Source: a virus. From it: 64,000 bases of DNA. A model generated the notes under the pieces. That model made no database searches and was not told the DNA's origin. It saw nothing but the letters and a program-made list of their open reading frames with translations. Of the stretch, positions 53,445 through 63,799 are shown in pieces (the stretch's first letter is position 1; each line of letters opens with the position of its first letter). The translations under genes were made by a program, and so were the position numbers. The stretch lies in IMG/VR virus record IMGVR_UViG_3300027782_000035. One strand, written 5' to 3'.

Positions 53445-54176
53445 TTAGATACTTACTATTACGCCAGTTGAAGCAACTTTATCAGTAACAACAATTCGTC
53501 CAGCCGAGTCACCTCTAGAAGGACTTACTCCATATATCTTTGGAACTCCAGATTTGTCTTTTGCAAGTGGATCAAAACGCTGATCTTCACGACGTGCTCT
53601 AAGTCTAAAATAGAGTTCATGTTCTTGAGCATATTGTTTTGCTGGTATTAATTGACCATTTGAAAGTGTCAACACATTAGTTTTAGGATCATATTTATGA
53701 GAGACATCCATTTTACCAATGTACATAAAGTCAATAGGTCCACCCATTAGAACATTGCCAATAACAATTTTTAATTTATTGTTACCAGAAATTTTTCCAA
53801 ATACGTCTGGAACTTTGTCTCCAGGATTAAGCATTGTGTTGAGTTTAGCATGAGATGTTTTTAAAAACTTAGCAGCAATTCCAGGTACAGCTAATTCTAA
53901 GCCTTTCAATCCACCACCAGCTAAAGAAGGTGCAGATTCACCTTTTAGCGAACAATTTATAGGCTTAGCTTTTTTGTCGTGCAAAAATATTTGCACGTCA
54001 GTGTACGGTTCAGATCCACCCTCTTGTCGTCCAGTAAACTTCTCTGCGTTAATTACTCCAGTGATTTTAGTCTTTCCGGCTATTATAGTAATGGGATTAC
54101 CTTTGTTTGTTTTAACTGCTAGTTTAATAGCATTAACTACGCCGGTTTCTTGTCTTTCTGCTGATGCACCTGCCAT
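53445..54176 (-). CDS. Hypothetical protein, possible PD-(D/E)XK nuclease
   Basis: E..E, D.....SLK pattern; late promoter at 54204-54211. Confidence 0.5.
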   Translation of the reverse strand: MAGASAERQETGVVNAIKLAVKTNKGNPITIIAGKTKITGVINAEKFTGRQEGGSEPYTDVQIFLHDKKAKPINCSLKGESAPSLAGGGLKGLELAVPGIAAKFLKTSHAKLNTMLNPGDKVPDVFGKISGNNKLKIVIGNVLMGGPIDFMYIGKMDVSHKYDPKTNVLTLSNGQLIPAKQYAQEHELYFRLRARREDQRFDPLAKDKSGVPKIYGVSPSRGDSAGRIVVTDKVASTGVIVSI

Positions 54177-54217
54177 ACAAACTCCATCTATAAAGTAATA
54201 ATATATTTATAAAACTA

Positions 54218-54240
54218 AAATCGCCCCGAAGGGCGATTTG
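54218..54240 (-). terminator. Intrinsic terminator with UUCG loop
   Basis: AAAUCGCCC-UUCG-GGGCGAUUUU. Confidence 0.8.
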
Positions 54241-55425
54241 TTAGAAGAAACTTTCTAGACTTGGTATATCTACCTTATCTCGGACTTCATAAGTTTTTTG
54301 GCCATTAAACTGATAGACAAGATTAGCATTAAGTCTATCTCGCTTACCTTCAAGTGCAGCCTTTACTTCATTGGCCATGTCTGTAGCAGTTCCTACTGGT
54401 ACGTTTTGACATACGTGGTTTAGATTTCTTGAAGGATTTAGCATTTCAAAGTCTTCAGGTAGGCCCATGATACTCATAGCCTCACGATAAGTCAGGTATC
54501 TATCTTCGGTAGGATGAGTCAATAGATTCGGATAGTGCCCAACAAAAGCTCCAATATGACCTTTTGGCACAGTCGTAAGTCTTCGCATGATATTACCCTC
54601 ACCTTGTAACTTGGCAAAGATTCTATCACATCTTTCCGCTGCTCGATCAAGACTTTGCGACCTCATCCAATCACCTACTTCATCGTACTTCTTACCTTTA
54701 CGCTCGAGCCAATCCATAGCATTATCGGTTTTCTCAATAATATTGTAAAAGTCTTTATGAGTGATACCGCCTTCTAGTTCTTCCAAAACATAACGATACA
54801 TAGGATCCCACTTGCTTGGAATCTTCTCGTTAGTAACTACTTGCTGAGAAGCATTCTTAGACACACCATAGAACACGCTCTCGATTGTATTAAGAGGTTT
54901 ATCAAAGTAGTTAAACAGAGGAACAGTCTTACCTTTCCAAAAGAAATAGAAAGATCGTTCACGAATCTGAGGAACACCGTGCAACAATGACTTAGTCCTG
55001 TAGATAGACATTGTATAACCATTGCGAGTAGCAATGTCATGTAGTTTATCTACAATAGGTTTACCAAGTTTACCTGCGAATCCTGGTGCATTCTCTCCCC
55101 ATAATACCATAGGCTTAATTTGTTCAAGCACATATGTAGTTGTAGTATACATCCATTCATTGGCTGCAGCATCAGAACTAGCATATCCGCTAAGTGAAGA
55201 TAATCCTGCGCAAGGACATGTAGTTCCAACAACATCTACGTAGTGAGGATGTTTTCCACCTTCATCAAGTAGGATATATGGTACATCATTGTAGTGATTA
55301 ACTAAATGAGAATCATTTGATGTAAACGGAGTATATGAAAGTAGATAATCAGGTCTACTTCCAAATGCTGCGGTTTGACCAAGAGCTTGACCGCCAATCA
55401 AAGGGACGATAAAAGCGTGCTTCAT
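54241..55425 (-). CDS. C5 DNA cytosine methyltransferase-like protein
   Basis: TCPCAGLS (motif IV), ENAPG (VI), PQ.RER (VIII), RYLT.RE...MGLP (IX), QNVP (X); atypical motif I. Confidence 0.75.
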   Translation of the reverse strand: MKHAFIVPLIGGQALGQTAAFGSRPDYLLSYTPFTSNDSHLVNHYNDVPYILLDEGGKHPHYVDVVGTTCPCAGLSSLSGYASSDAAANEWMYTTTTYVLEQIKPMVLWGENAPGFAGKLGKPIVDKLHDIATRNGYTMSIYRTKSLLHGVPQIRERSFYFFWKGKTVPLFNYFDKPLNTIESVFYGVSKNASQQVVTNEKIPSKWDPMYRYVLEELEGGITHKDFYNIIEKTDNAMDWLERKGKKYDEVGDWMRSQSLDRAAERCDRIFAKLQGEGNIMRRLTTVPKGHIGAFVGHYPNLLTHPTEDRYLTYREAMSIMGLPEDFEMLNPSRNLNHVCQNVPVGTATDMANEVKAALEGKRDRLNANLVYQFNGQKTYEVRDKVDIPSLESFF

Positions 55426-56627
55426 AGGTTATCCTTTATCTTCTGCATCATTTCAGCAAAAGTATTCTCAGAGTCTTGATGTTGTTTATAGAATTCAAAA
55501 GCCATGTTGCGGTATTCATCTCGCATAACACTATCCTTAGACAATTTAGCTATGAGATCATATGCTGGTTGCATATCATTATCATCAAGCCATACAGTGC
55601 CATTATCTTTGCAGTCGATTAGCTTGTCTCCATATTTACGATGAGTACAACGTTCACCATATGACTTACGGAACACTGGTACTACGCCAGTACATGCTAC
55701 TTCACAATGAGTATACTCAATAGAGCGTTGAATGTATCGTTCATCTAATACAGATAATTGATAACCAAATCCAACTCGTGACATACGTTCAAGCATTTCA
55801 TCATTGATGAAGGGGCCAAACACATATGCTGGTTGATTATTTTCAAGATTAGTTGAGGCAATGTTCTTATCAATCATACCGTGGAACTCTGATAATTCGC
55901 GAAAGGCAAGATATGCTGGAGACTTTTCAATTCCTTCGAACGTAGTGATGCATCCATTGGGACGCAGAAATTCATTATGGAACTTAAACATCTGAACATA
56001 CCCTTTCCAAGAAGTAGTACGGCCAATCCATTTATGCATAATTGGATCAGTGTAATAAATGTCTTTCCAATACTTATCTCTTACTGAATCGAAGTCCATT
56101 CCTGGTTGAAAGTTTAAAATAGTCTTAGAGTTATCCTCTTCAAAGAATGCTGTAAGACCACCACCTTCAGTTACCTTAGATACGTACTTAGCGAAATCGT
56201 TGCTAGTGCTATGGCCAAAAAGAATGCTAGCTTTTCCAATAGCGTCATCGATTGCAGCATTACGCTTGATTGAAAGAGATGAGTGATCGTGTTGAATGAG
56301 AACGATTGGTTTGACAATTTCATTCAATGCTCGCTTAAATTGATTAATGCATTCCTCAGTGTGACCGACCGAGGGAAGACTATTAATAATAACTACATCG
56401 GCTTTGTTACAGCCTTCAATCATCTTATTAGTTTCTTCAGGTTTTGCAAACTTTAATTGTACAACATTAGAAACATCATGAGCATTCTTGCGAGTCCATG
56501 ATTTATCCTTAGATGAAAAGACTACAAAGTCATAACCATTCTTGGTCATCCATTTAGTCTGTTCAACTGTAAACTTGGTAACACCACATCCTTCAATGCC
56601 CCGTCCCATAATGATTGCTATTTTCAT
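55422..56627 (-). CDS. agt: DNA alpha-glucosyltransferase (T4 AGT-like)
   Basis: MKIAI.MGRGIEGCGVTKF..EQ, QHDH, IGRTT.WKG, FGYQLS, EYTH.E. Confidence 0.88.
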   Translation of the reverse strand: MKIAIIMGRGIEGCGVTKFTVEQTKWMTKNGYDFVVFSSKDKSWTRKNAHDVSNVVQLKFAKPEETNKMIEGCNKADVVIINSLPSVGHTEECINQFKRALNEIVKPIVLIQHDHSSLSIKRNAAIDDAIGKASILFGHSTSNDFAKYVSKVTEGGGLTAFFEEDNSKTILNFQPGMDFDSVRDKYWKDIYYTDPIMHKWIGRTTSWKGYVQMFKFHNEFLRPNGCITTFEGIEKSPAYLAFRELSEFHGMIDKNIASTNLENNQPAYVFGPFINDEMLERMSRVGFGYQLSVLDERYIQRSIEYTHCEVACTGVVPVFRKSYGERCTHRKYGDKLIDCKDNGTVWLDDNDMQPAYDLIAKLSKDSVMRDEYRNMAFEFYKQHQDSENTFAEMMQKIKDNL

Positions 56628-57172
56628 TCTTCTTCGCTCCATTCTCCAGTTTTGTTTCTTTCATGAGCTGCATCTTTGCCATAGACTTCATCAGCATGAG
56701 TATCACATAGAGTTGTATGCCAACGCTGATAATAAGTACGTCCAGGAGAACCGCACTTTTCACACGTGCGATAACTCATACTTTCAGCAAAGGAAATGTA
56801 ATTATAATGCTCGGGAGTTGCTGATTGAACATAGAATCGAAGACCACCAAACTTTTCTTTAATCTGAGAAGCAATTGGAACTAGTTCTTTTTCTTCTTCC
56901 ATTTTTTGCTTTGCTTCGTCAAGATCTTCTTGCGTTATTGTTCTTGTTCCATAAAGAATACCGCCAACACCCACTTCTGCACGATAGTCATATCGTTCTT
57001 TGGCTTGATTATATTTGTTAGTCAACAAACCACAGAGAGTATCAATGATAGTAAACCACCCATCACCGCAATCAAATCCCCAGCACATAGCTGTTTGAGT
57101 CATTGGCGCATTTCGATCTTTAAAGATCAGAGGGTACTTTGCACACAATAGTTCATCAAGTTCTTGTTTCAT
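56624..57172 (-). CDS. Conserved phage hypothetical protein
   Basis: CGDGW, QIKEKFGGLRFY, TCE.CG, W..TLC. Confidence 0.75.
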   Translation of the reverse strand: MKQELDELLCAKYPLIFKDRNAPMTQTAMCWGFDCGDGWFTIIDTLCGLLTNKYNQAKERYDYRAEVGVGGILYGTRTITQEDLDEAKQKMEEEKELVPIASQIKEKFGGLRFYVQSATPEHYNYISFAESMSYRTCEKCGSPGRTYYQRWHTTLCDTHADEVYGKDAAHERNKTGEWSEEE

Positions 57173-57190
57173 TTCAAAATAATCCTTAAA

Positions 57191-57643
57191 TTAAGATTGG
57201 ATCCATTCACAATATATTCCAGCTTCTTTAAACATATCCCGCGTTAACTCAAATGCTTCTGTCCAAATTGCTGGTACCGCATCATCTGTATATATGAAAA
57301 CTTTTTTAATACCAACTTGGATGATACCCTTAGCGCATTCAGAGCATACTGGAAGACCGTATACGTACAACGATGCACCATCTAGCGATACGCCATTAAA
57401 TGTAGCATTATAGATGACGTTCATTTCTGCATGAACTACTAACTTATATTTTGTAGGACGATCGCTATAACGATCAGCACTATCAAGAATTCCTCGAGGG
57501 AAACCATTAAAGCCTTGTGATAAAATTTGACCTTTAGATCCTACTGCAACTGCACCAATCTTTCTACTTGGATCTTTACTCCAAGTAGAAACTTGCTTTG
57601 CTAAATCAAGATACCGCTGTTGCCATACCATAACGTTTGTCAT
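57191..57643 (-). CDS. dCMP deaminase
   Basis: WSKDPS, GFNG.P, HAE.N, C..CA. Confidence 0.9.
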   Translation of the reverse strand: MTNVMVWQQRYLDLAKQVSTWSKDPSRKIGAVAVGSKGQILSQGFNGFPRGILDSADRYSDRPTKYKLVVHAEMNVIYNATFNGVSLDGASLYVYGLPVCSECAKGIIQVGIKKVFIYTDDAVPAIWTEAFELTRDMFKEAGIYCEWIQS

Positions 57644-58349
57644 ATTCTTCTTTAGTAATAGTTAGTTCGCGTGTATTTAGATAATGATCTAAAAGATAGA
57701 ATTGACGTTCATAAATGTGAAGTGATCCTGCATTCCAATAGATCTCACCACGGTCATAGCTTTTTCCACGATAGCAAAGTTCCTGTACTACTTCTTCTAG
57801 TATATACTGTTGCCAAGCATAATCATTACGATAACCAGCCCAAGCATCATTGCTACGCATACTTACAACAGCATGAACTCGATTGTTTCGAATCATATAT
57901 TGTACTGTATTAGTACACATAAAATCTGAACGACCATTCTCGTTATGATCACCCCACATAGTAGGACGAGTGTAAATCATAGTTGCACGGCGTGAATCTG
58001 GACGATCTTCAAGTTCAGTTATAACATGAGCAAACTGATTATTGTTTTCATCAGAGTATACACACCAACCATAATTAGAATTGATGTAACCATCTTTATC
58101 GGCAACTTGTTTCCAGATCGCTGGAGGTCCACCGGGAATATCATTAACATTCAATGATTGAGACTTATACCAATCAAGTTCACGCTTAACATAATCTTCG
58201 TTAACAGCACCAAAGATTAGAGGTGAGTTAGCCCAGAAGGACGCACCCATAATTTCAACAGTCTTTACACCTGACTTATCGGTTACAAACTTTTGTGCGC
58301 GATATAGGCGTGCAAACTCTTGGCGGATTTCATGTACAGTATTCATCAT
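57606..58349 (-). CDS. dCMP hydroxymethylase (T4 gp42-like)
   Basis: DK.GVKT.EI.GASF, REL.WYKS.SL, INSNYGW, DSRR, SDFMCTNTVQY, MRSND...GYRNDYAWQ, GSLH.Y. Confidence 0.9.
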   Translation of the reverse strand: MMNTVHEIRQEFARLYRAQKFVTDKSGVKTVEIMGASFWANSPLIFGAVNEDYVKRELDWYKSQSLNVNDIPGGPPAIWKQVADKDGYINSNYGWCVYSDENNNQFAHVITELEDRPDSRRATMIYTRPTMWGDHNENGRSDFMCTNTVQYMIRNNRVHAVVSMRSNDAWAGYRNDYAWQQYILEEVVQELCYRGKSYDRGEIYWNAGSLHIYERQFYLLDHYLNTRELTITKEEYDKRYGMATAVS

Positions 58350-58741
58350 TGCTTAAACTTTGAAGGAGTTAAATCAGTTGTTGGATGAGTTTCTTTGCTT
58401 ATACGACGATTAAAGATATCTTTGTTAGGTTCTTGACCATCAATATCGCCACGCATATATGCAACAAGGAATGAGGCATAATTAATCATGTCAATTGCAG
58501 AATCTTCAACCGATTCAAAGTTGACGTTACCACCTGCTTCCATAGTTTCCAATACAGAATACATACGAAGCATCTTACCATTAATGGTATCCAGAATAGT
58601 ATATACGCCACGTGGATAGTGATCGGCTTGGCGTACTCGGCTCAAAGGATTCTGATAATCCTGACCTTTACGTTCTTGAAGTGCAGCAGCTTCCAATAGA
58701 ATGTTTGCTGATTCACGAGTAAATTGTTTACCTTCTTTCAT
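58346..58741 (-). CDS. Nucleotide-modification-associated helical protein (MazG-like fold)
   Basis: EAA.LQ..K..DY, EDS.ID.INY. Confidence 0.6.
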   Translation of the reverse strand: MKEGKQFTRESANILLEAAALQERKGQDYQNPLSRVRQADHYPRGVYTILDTINGKMLRMYSVLETMEAGGNVNFESVEDSAIDMINYASFLVAYMRGDIDGQEPNKDIFNRRISKETHPTTDLTPSKFKQ

Positions 58742-58743
58742 TT

Positions 58744-59352
58744 TCAGTCCTTAATTAATTTAATACAAACGCCGTCAAACACGGCTTTTTGCCAATCAAA
58801 AATATAACTATCGTATTGACTATTAGGTGCTTTCTTAATGTACTTAGAATCATGTGCAATCACTGATTTCATGTCCATTAAGAATGCTGGTTGATACTCA
58901 TAGACAAGATGAGCCTTTTCACGATAACCACCTAACATAAGATGTTCGTTGAAAGGAGCACTACGTAATAGAGACAATAGTTGTTGGTAACTAATATACC
59001 ATTGTAAACCAGAATACTTTAGATTGAAAGTTTTTTGTTGTCCAAAACAACTTTCGCCCACAAGATATTTGTAATCACGCATACGATCAATAAAGTTTAA
59101 CTCCATTGCATCATCAACAATTTCGCTTACTTCACCAAAGTAAGGCAGTGTCAATAGAACTTTTTCAAATCCTAGACCCATTGCCGTATGCATTTTTACG
59201 GTATCATAGTCACGTTTACCACGGCGCTTCTTTTCTTGCTTCCAATTATTTTCTGTCATTTTCGACAAATCGTCTTTGTACTCTGCATTGAAGTCTACAG
59301 TAACTCGTAAGTTACTTAACTCTTCCATGATTTCAGGAGAATAAACTTTCAC
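58744..59352 (-). CDS. Hypothetical protein
   Basis: Long ORF in operon. Confidence 0.65.
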   Translation of the reverse strand: MKVYSPEIMEELSNLRVTVDFNAEYKDDLSKMTENNWKQEKKRRGKRDYDTVKMHTAMGLGFEKVLLTLPYFGEVSEIVDDAMELNFIDRMRDYKYLVGESCFGQQKTFNLKYSGLQWYISYQQLLSLLRSAPFNEHLMLGGYREKAHLVYEYQPAFLMDMKSVIAHDSKYIKKAPNSQYDSYIFDWQKAVFDGVCIKLIKD

Positions 59353-59567
59353 AGCATGAACTTTCTCAACACTTGGTTAGCTTGAGTAATGTCTTCTATG
59401 ACATCACTAAACTCAAGTTCTTTAAGAGCTAATTCTGTTTTACGTTTTGCAAAAAGTTCTAATGCATAGTCAACATCGTCTTCGTCGGCCTGGTCAAACC
59501 AATCTTCAAAAACTTCGGGACTTACGGTTAAAAGAAAATTAAGATTATTGCGGTCTTCATCATTCAT
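59349..59567 (-). CDS. Hypothetical protein
   Basis: D..NLNFLL...DDVDYALE; GGAG SD; promoter at 59593-59621. Confidence 0.6.
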   Translation of the reverse strand: MNDEDRNNLNFLLTVSPEVFEDWFDQADEDDVDYALELFAKRKTELALKELEFSDVIEDITQANQVLRKFML

Positions 59568-59643
59568 AACAAATCTCCAATGTTGTAGTATTATTATATC
59601 AAATAGACGAATATTTGTACAGGGTTTTACGAATATTCTTGCC

Positions 59644-60612
59644 TTATAGAGCATTCTTATAGGCAAATTCTATGGCTCGAGAAGCCTCTACGTTAAGTGG
59701 TCTCTTGGCGTATCTATTTGCGGTATCACGATCGAGCTGTCTCACAAGATCTACAATCTCATACTCAGTGATAGGATACTTATTCTTAATAGCATTACAT
59801 GCAATTGATGTCATAATCTTATAAATCATTGAGTAACGACCAGAACCATCTACTCCTGATATTTGCTTATACTCACTTACAAGTTTACGATTCACGAATG
59901 GACAATCGCCATATGACTTCCATTCATAAGTTCTCTTATTACTCTGAAGCTGTTGCTGACGATGAGCTATGACTTCCTTTTGAATCTCAACAGGAAGCCT
60001 GTCAATAAAACTATTAGAAGAAGAGTTGTCATTGTATTCATGCTTTCTTAGAAGATCATCAACGTTAAGATACCCATTTGCGCGATGAGTAAAAATAAAA
60101 TTGTAAGCATTAGGGTATTGCGCTGGGACGTAATACATCCTAGACAAATCTTTAGTCTGTCTATCTCCCACCATGCCAAATTCTGTGTTGAGTGCAAACC
60201 AAAAGTGTCGAATTTCTTCTCCCCTAACAGCTCTTGTAAGTGGGAACACCAAGCGGAACTTCGGCGCACTACGACTACTACTAGCAGTTGAATAGCAAAT
60301 AAAATAGATATTAGGGTAAAGCCTAGCCAATTCATCTTCAAGATCTCCATCATATGTTGTACTGTCTACATCTAGTGCGGCCCAATTTGCCCACTCGATT
60401 ACGTTAACGTTTGCTCTAGTTGTATTAGATTTATAAATCGCTGGAGAAATTAGAGGCGATGCTTTGTTAGTAAACTCACCGCGCTTAGCTTTATATCCAG
60501 GAAGAGTAGACAGATGATACAACGACTTCTCTAATTTCTCGAAAGAATCGAAGTCAACTCGTGTATCTGTCTTGTTATCAAAGATAGACTTAAAGACGGT
60601 GAGGCTATACAT
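59644..60612 (-). CDS. AEP/Prim-Pol-like primase-family protein
   Basis: ALDVD, YSTASS, KFRLVFPL, D...KD.SR.YYVP; helical C-terminal domain. Confidence 0.65.
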   Translation of the reverse strand: MYSLTVFKSIFDNKTDTRVDFDSFEKLEKSLYHLSTLPGYKAKRGEFTNKASPLISPAIYKSNTTRANVNVIEWANWAALDVDSTTYDGDLEDELARLYPNIYFICYSTASSSRSAPKFRLVFPLTRAVRGEEIRHFWFALNTEFGMVGDRQTKDLSRMYYVPAQYPNAYNFIFTHRANGYLNVDDLLRKHEYNDNSSSNSFIDRLPVEIQKEVIAHRQQQLQSNKRTYEWKSYGDCPFVNRKLVSEYKQISGVDGSGRYSMIYKIMTSIACNAIKNKYPITEYEIVDLVRQLDRDTANRYAKRPLNVEASRAIEFAYKNAL

Positions 60613-61010
60613 TAAAATACCTTTGCCAATAATCCTACGTTATCTGCATGAGTTGGTGCAATCCAACCTTCCGGTTTAATTAGATCTGGAAGACCTAGTG
60701 GATTAGGACGAGAAGGTTTAATGCCAATTTCCTTTGCCATGTTTGCGTCTAATACACGATTCCATGCTTTAAGAGAATCAACTTGATATGCATCAAGAGT
60801 TCCAATGGCAACCACGCAAAGATCGATCAATGCATCAACTACGTCATCTGCATTAGTTGCACCTTTCATTTCATCAAGTTCTTCTTGTAAGAACTTAATT
60901 CGAAATTCCAAAAACTTTTCAAGTTTTTCTTTATCAAAAGTTTCAATCACATCACGTACACCATATTTACCGTGCATACGTTCCATATCCCAAACCCAAT
61001 TCATACTCAT
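60612..61010 (-). CDS. All-alpha NTP pyrophosphatase (PRA-PH/MazG-like; candidate dCTPase)
   Basis: L.EE..E, DAL.DL, V..ANM.K, KPEGW..P. Confidence 0.75.
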   Translation of the reverse strand: MSMNWVWDMERMHGKYGVRDVIETFDKEKLEKFLEFRIKFLQEELDEMKGATNADDVVDALIDLCVVAIGTLDAYQVDSLKAWNRVLDANMAKEIGIKPSRPNPLGLPDLIKPEGWIAPTHADNVGLLAKVF

Positions 61011-61047
61011 AACATATCTCCAAAATTAAATTATAACACACTTATGA

Positions 61048-62442
61048 TTAAAAGTTAAATCCATCTCCAGCTTGTTTCATCTTTTGCCCAAAGGAAGTCT
61101 TATCAAAAGATGATCCATTATTTTGTCCAGAATCTGCAATGTTCTTTTGTGCAGTATCTTCAACATCATAGAGTTTCATCCTAGAACGGTCAACGCCAAT
61201 GACGAAACGCTTATAATAAGAAGGATCATTGTAGCGATTCTTAAGCTGTTTAACCATGATCTGGTTAAGATTTTCAAGCTCTTCAGTTGAAATAAGGGCG
61301 AACATAAAATCCACAGTAGCAGGCAAGCCAAAAGACTCGGAGGTATCAGTAAGGTCCACGTCGGTATTATCATATCCACCTCGAGTTGTTTGTGTTGCTG
61401 AAAGAACCGGAACATTATACTCTACGCCAAGACCACGAAGTTCTTCAGCGATAGACTTAACATATGTATAGGAATTAACACCTGAGCCATGTTTGATTCG
61501 AGATGATGCACAGATGTTTAGATAATCGATAACAATAAGATCTGGCTTGAAGTTACGCTTCATCTTAAGTTCTTCAAGCAAAGCTTTAAAGTGTCCTGCA
61601 TGAGCTGATGCAGTTGGATATTCTTTAACGATTAGTTTACCAGCAGTCTTCTTGATTAACTTACTAACTCGAGATTCATAAGCATCCTTATCAACTTTGC
61701 CAAGTTCATCCATCGTCATGTTAAGAAGGTTTGCATCAATACGTTCCGCAATTCTTTCCTCAGCCATTTCCAATGTGATATACAAAACATTTTTACCTTG
61801 CATCAAAGATGATGCTGCGTAATGACACATGAATAATGACTTACCAACACCAGTTCCTGCAAGAATTACATTAAGAGTTTTCCTAGATAAACCACCCTTT
61901 GTAATCTTATTAAGTAAGTCTAGATCGAATTCTAGCTTTTCCTCTTGGCGATGATAGAAGTCATAGCGTTCTGCGAAGTCTTCGAGATAATCATGGCCAA
62001 TAGCATTATCAAAGGATACTGCAAGGGCGTCTGAAAGCAATGAGGGGATTGCGTCTTGAGTTCTGTTTTTATCTTTTCCGTCAATGATCTCAATAGAACT
62101 AATGATAGCATTGTAAACAGCACGATCTTTGCAAAACTTTTCAGTGTGCTTATAAAGCCAATCATTGTTGTCTGTTTTATATGTGAGTTCATTGATATAA
62201 GACTCTATTTGATTCAGTTGCTCATGACGAAGATCCTTACGATTTCCAAGTTGAATTGCAAGGATCTCAAGCGATGCTGGTTTGTTATACTCAGTAAAGA
62301 ACGTTATAAGTTCTTGAGCTATCACATTTTCAAAGTGATCAGAAAAATATTCTGTTTTTAGAAATGGTACAGTCTTTCGACAAAATTCCTCATTGTGAAT
62401 TAGATTCGAAAGGATGGTCTGTTCTATTCTCTTTGTCATCAA
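61048..62442 (-). CDS. Replicative DNA helicase (T4 gp41)
   Basis: LAGTGVGKSL, LEMAEE, IDYL.IC, SATQT.R, SESFGLP.T.D, K.RY.D. Confidence 0.95.
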   Translation of the reverse strand: MMTKRIEQTILSNLIHNEEFCRKTVPFLKTEYFSDHFENVIAQELITFFTEYNKPASLEILAIQLGNRKDLRHEQLNQIESYINELTYKTDNNDWLYKHTEKFCKDRAVYNAIISSIEIIDGKDKNRTQDAIPSLLSDALAVSFDNAIGHDYLEDFAERYDFYHRQEEKLEFDLDLLNKITKGGLSRKTLNVILAGTGVGKSLFMCHYAASSLMQGKNVLYITLEMAEERIAERIDANLLNMTMDELGKVDKDAYESRVSKLIKKTAGKLIVKEYPTASAHAGHFKALLEELKMKRNFKPDLIVIDYLNICASSRIKHGSGVNSYTYVKSIAEELRGLGVEYNVPVLSATQTTRGGYDNTDVDLTDTSESFGLPATVDFMFALISTEELENLNQIMVKQLKNRYNDPSYYKRFVIGVDRSRMKLYDVEDTAQKNIADSGQNNGSSFDKTSFGQKMKQAGDGFNF

Positions 62443-62737
62443 TAAATCCTAGTTTATCACGTTCAAGTCCATAATGTAGTAATTCTACCACAAAGTCACC
62501 GAGTTCTTTTTCAAAAGCTTCTTTATTATATCCATAACATTCTTTTGGAACATCGTGAACATAATACTCGAATCCAACTACAAGTTTATCATGCTCGGTG
62601 TCTTCTTTAAAGCTAACATTAGTGTATGTAAAAACGATGTTAGCAAACTCGCCAGTTTCAAAACACAAAGCGTGCTGGTCACCATCGTGTCCAGGTCTTC
62701 CAAGAACTTTATGCGGCCGCAGCGGTGTCGTCTTCAT
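62390..62737 (-). CDS. Probable gp40 head vertex assembly chaperone
   Basis: Syntenic position between uvsX and gene 41. Confidence 0.5.
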   Translation of the reverse strand: MKTTPLRPHKVLGRPGHDGDQHALCFETGEFANIVFTYTNVSFKEDTEHDKLVVGFEYYVHDVPKECYGYNKEAFEKELGDFVVELLHYGLERDKLGFIDDKENRTDHPFESNSQ

Positions 62738-63791
62738 ATGATTGCATTTCCTCTATGATCTCTTCATCATGAATAATATCGCCGTGAGCGATTGCATACT
62801 TATTTTGTACGTATTCGTTGAATGACTTTGACGTTACAATAGACATCCAAAAGTCTTTAGTATCAGTATCTTTAACACGATACTTCTTATCTGAGATCTC
62901 GCCAGTTTCTTTATCTACTTTCGAATACCAACCATTGCTAGGCTTGATAACATGTCCGGATTCGAGAGCAATATCAAGTAAGCCAGACCATTTGCTAATA
63001 CCACCATCAAAAGAGACAGTAACAGGGATTTTAGATTTCTCTTTAACATATCTAGATTTTTCCACATTGATGATAAAATTATATCCAACAATCTCAGTTC
63101 CTTCTTTTTCTTGTTGTCGACCGATAATGAAAATATTATCAGCAGAATAGTACGAGCCGGTGCCACCACCAATAATTGCTTTAGGGAACATACCAATTTC
63201 CATGTATGTGTGATTCACTACAATCATTGGTATGTCTTTTAAATTCAAGTGAGGTGTAACCATACGGAACAAACTCTTTACTTGTTTTGCTCTGGACATA
63301 TCAGCAACTGATTTGCCATCAAGTGCATCATCAACTTCTTTCTTGGATGCAAGATTGCCAATGGAATCAATCACAATAATTAAATGTTCACCACGCTCAA
63401 GAGCAGTCAGTTGTTGCATTATGTCGAACTTGAGTTGTTCAATATCTGTAAGAGGAGTATGGAGCACCCTGTCTGTGTCAATACCAAAGCTATCGAAATA
63501 AGACTGCGGAGTACCAAACTCCGAATCGTAAAAGAGAAGTGCTGCATCTGGATACTTATCTAAATATGATCTTGCCATAAGCAAGCTGAACGCTGTTTTG
63601 AAATGTTTAGAAGGACCTGCCCACATTGTAAGGCCTGGAGTAAGTCCACCATCTAGTCTTCCACTTAACGCAATGTTTATCGCTGGGATAGAAGTAGAAA
63701 TCATGTCCTTCTTAGTGAAGAACTTAGACTGCGAAAGAATTGCTGATTCTTTAATCGTACTATTCTTTTTAATTTTATCTAATATGCTCAT
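62709..63791 (-). CDS. uvsX: RecA-like recombinase UvsX
   Basis: AGPSKHFKT, YDSEFG, DSIGNLAS, DM.RAK, NHTY, GG.G..YSAD. Confidence 0.95.
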   Translation of the reverse strand: MSILDKIKKNSTIKESAILSQSKFFTKKDMISTSIPAINIALSGRLDGGLTPGLTMWAGPSKHFKTAFSLLMARSYLDKYPDAALLFYDSEFGTPQSYFDSFGIDTDRVLHTPLTDIEQLKFDIMQQLTALERGEHLIIVIDSIGNLASKKEVDDALDGKSVADMSRAKQVKSLFRMVTPHLNLKDIPMIVVNHTYMEIGMFPKAIIGGGTGSYYSADNIFIIGRQQEKEGTEIVGYNFIINVEKSRYVKEKSKIPVTVSFDGGISKWSGLLDIALESGHVIKPSNGWYSKVDKETGEISDKKYRVKDTDTKDFWMSIVTSKSFNEYVQNKYAIAHGDIIHDEEIIEEMQSYEDDTAAAA

Positions 63792-63799
63792 TATTTCTC

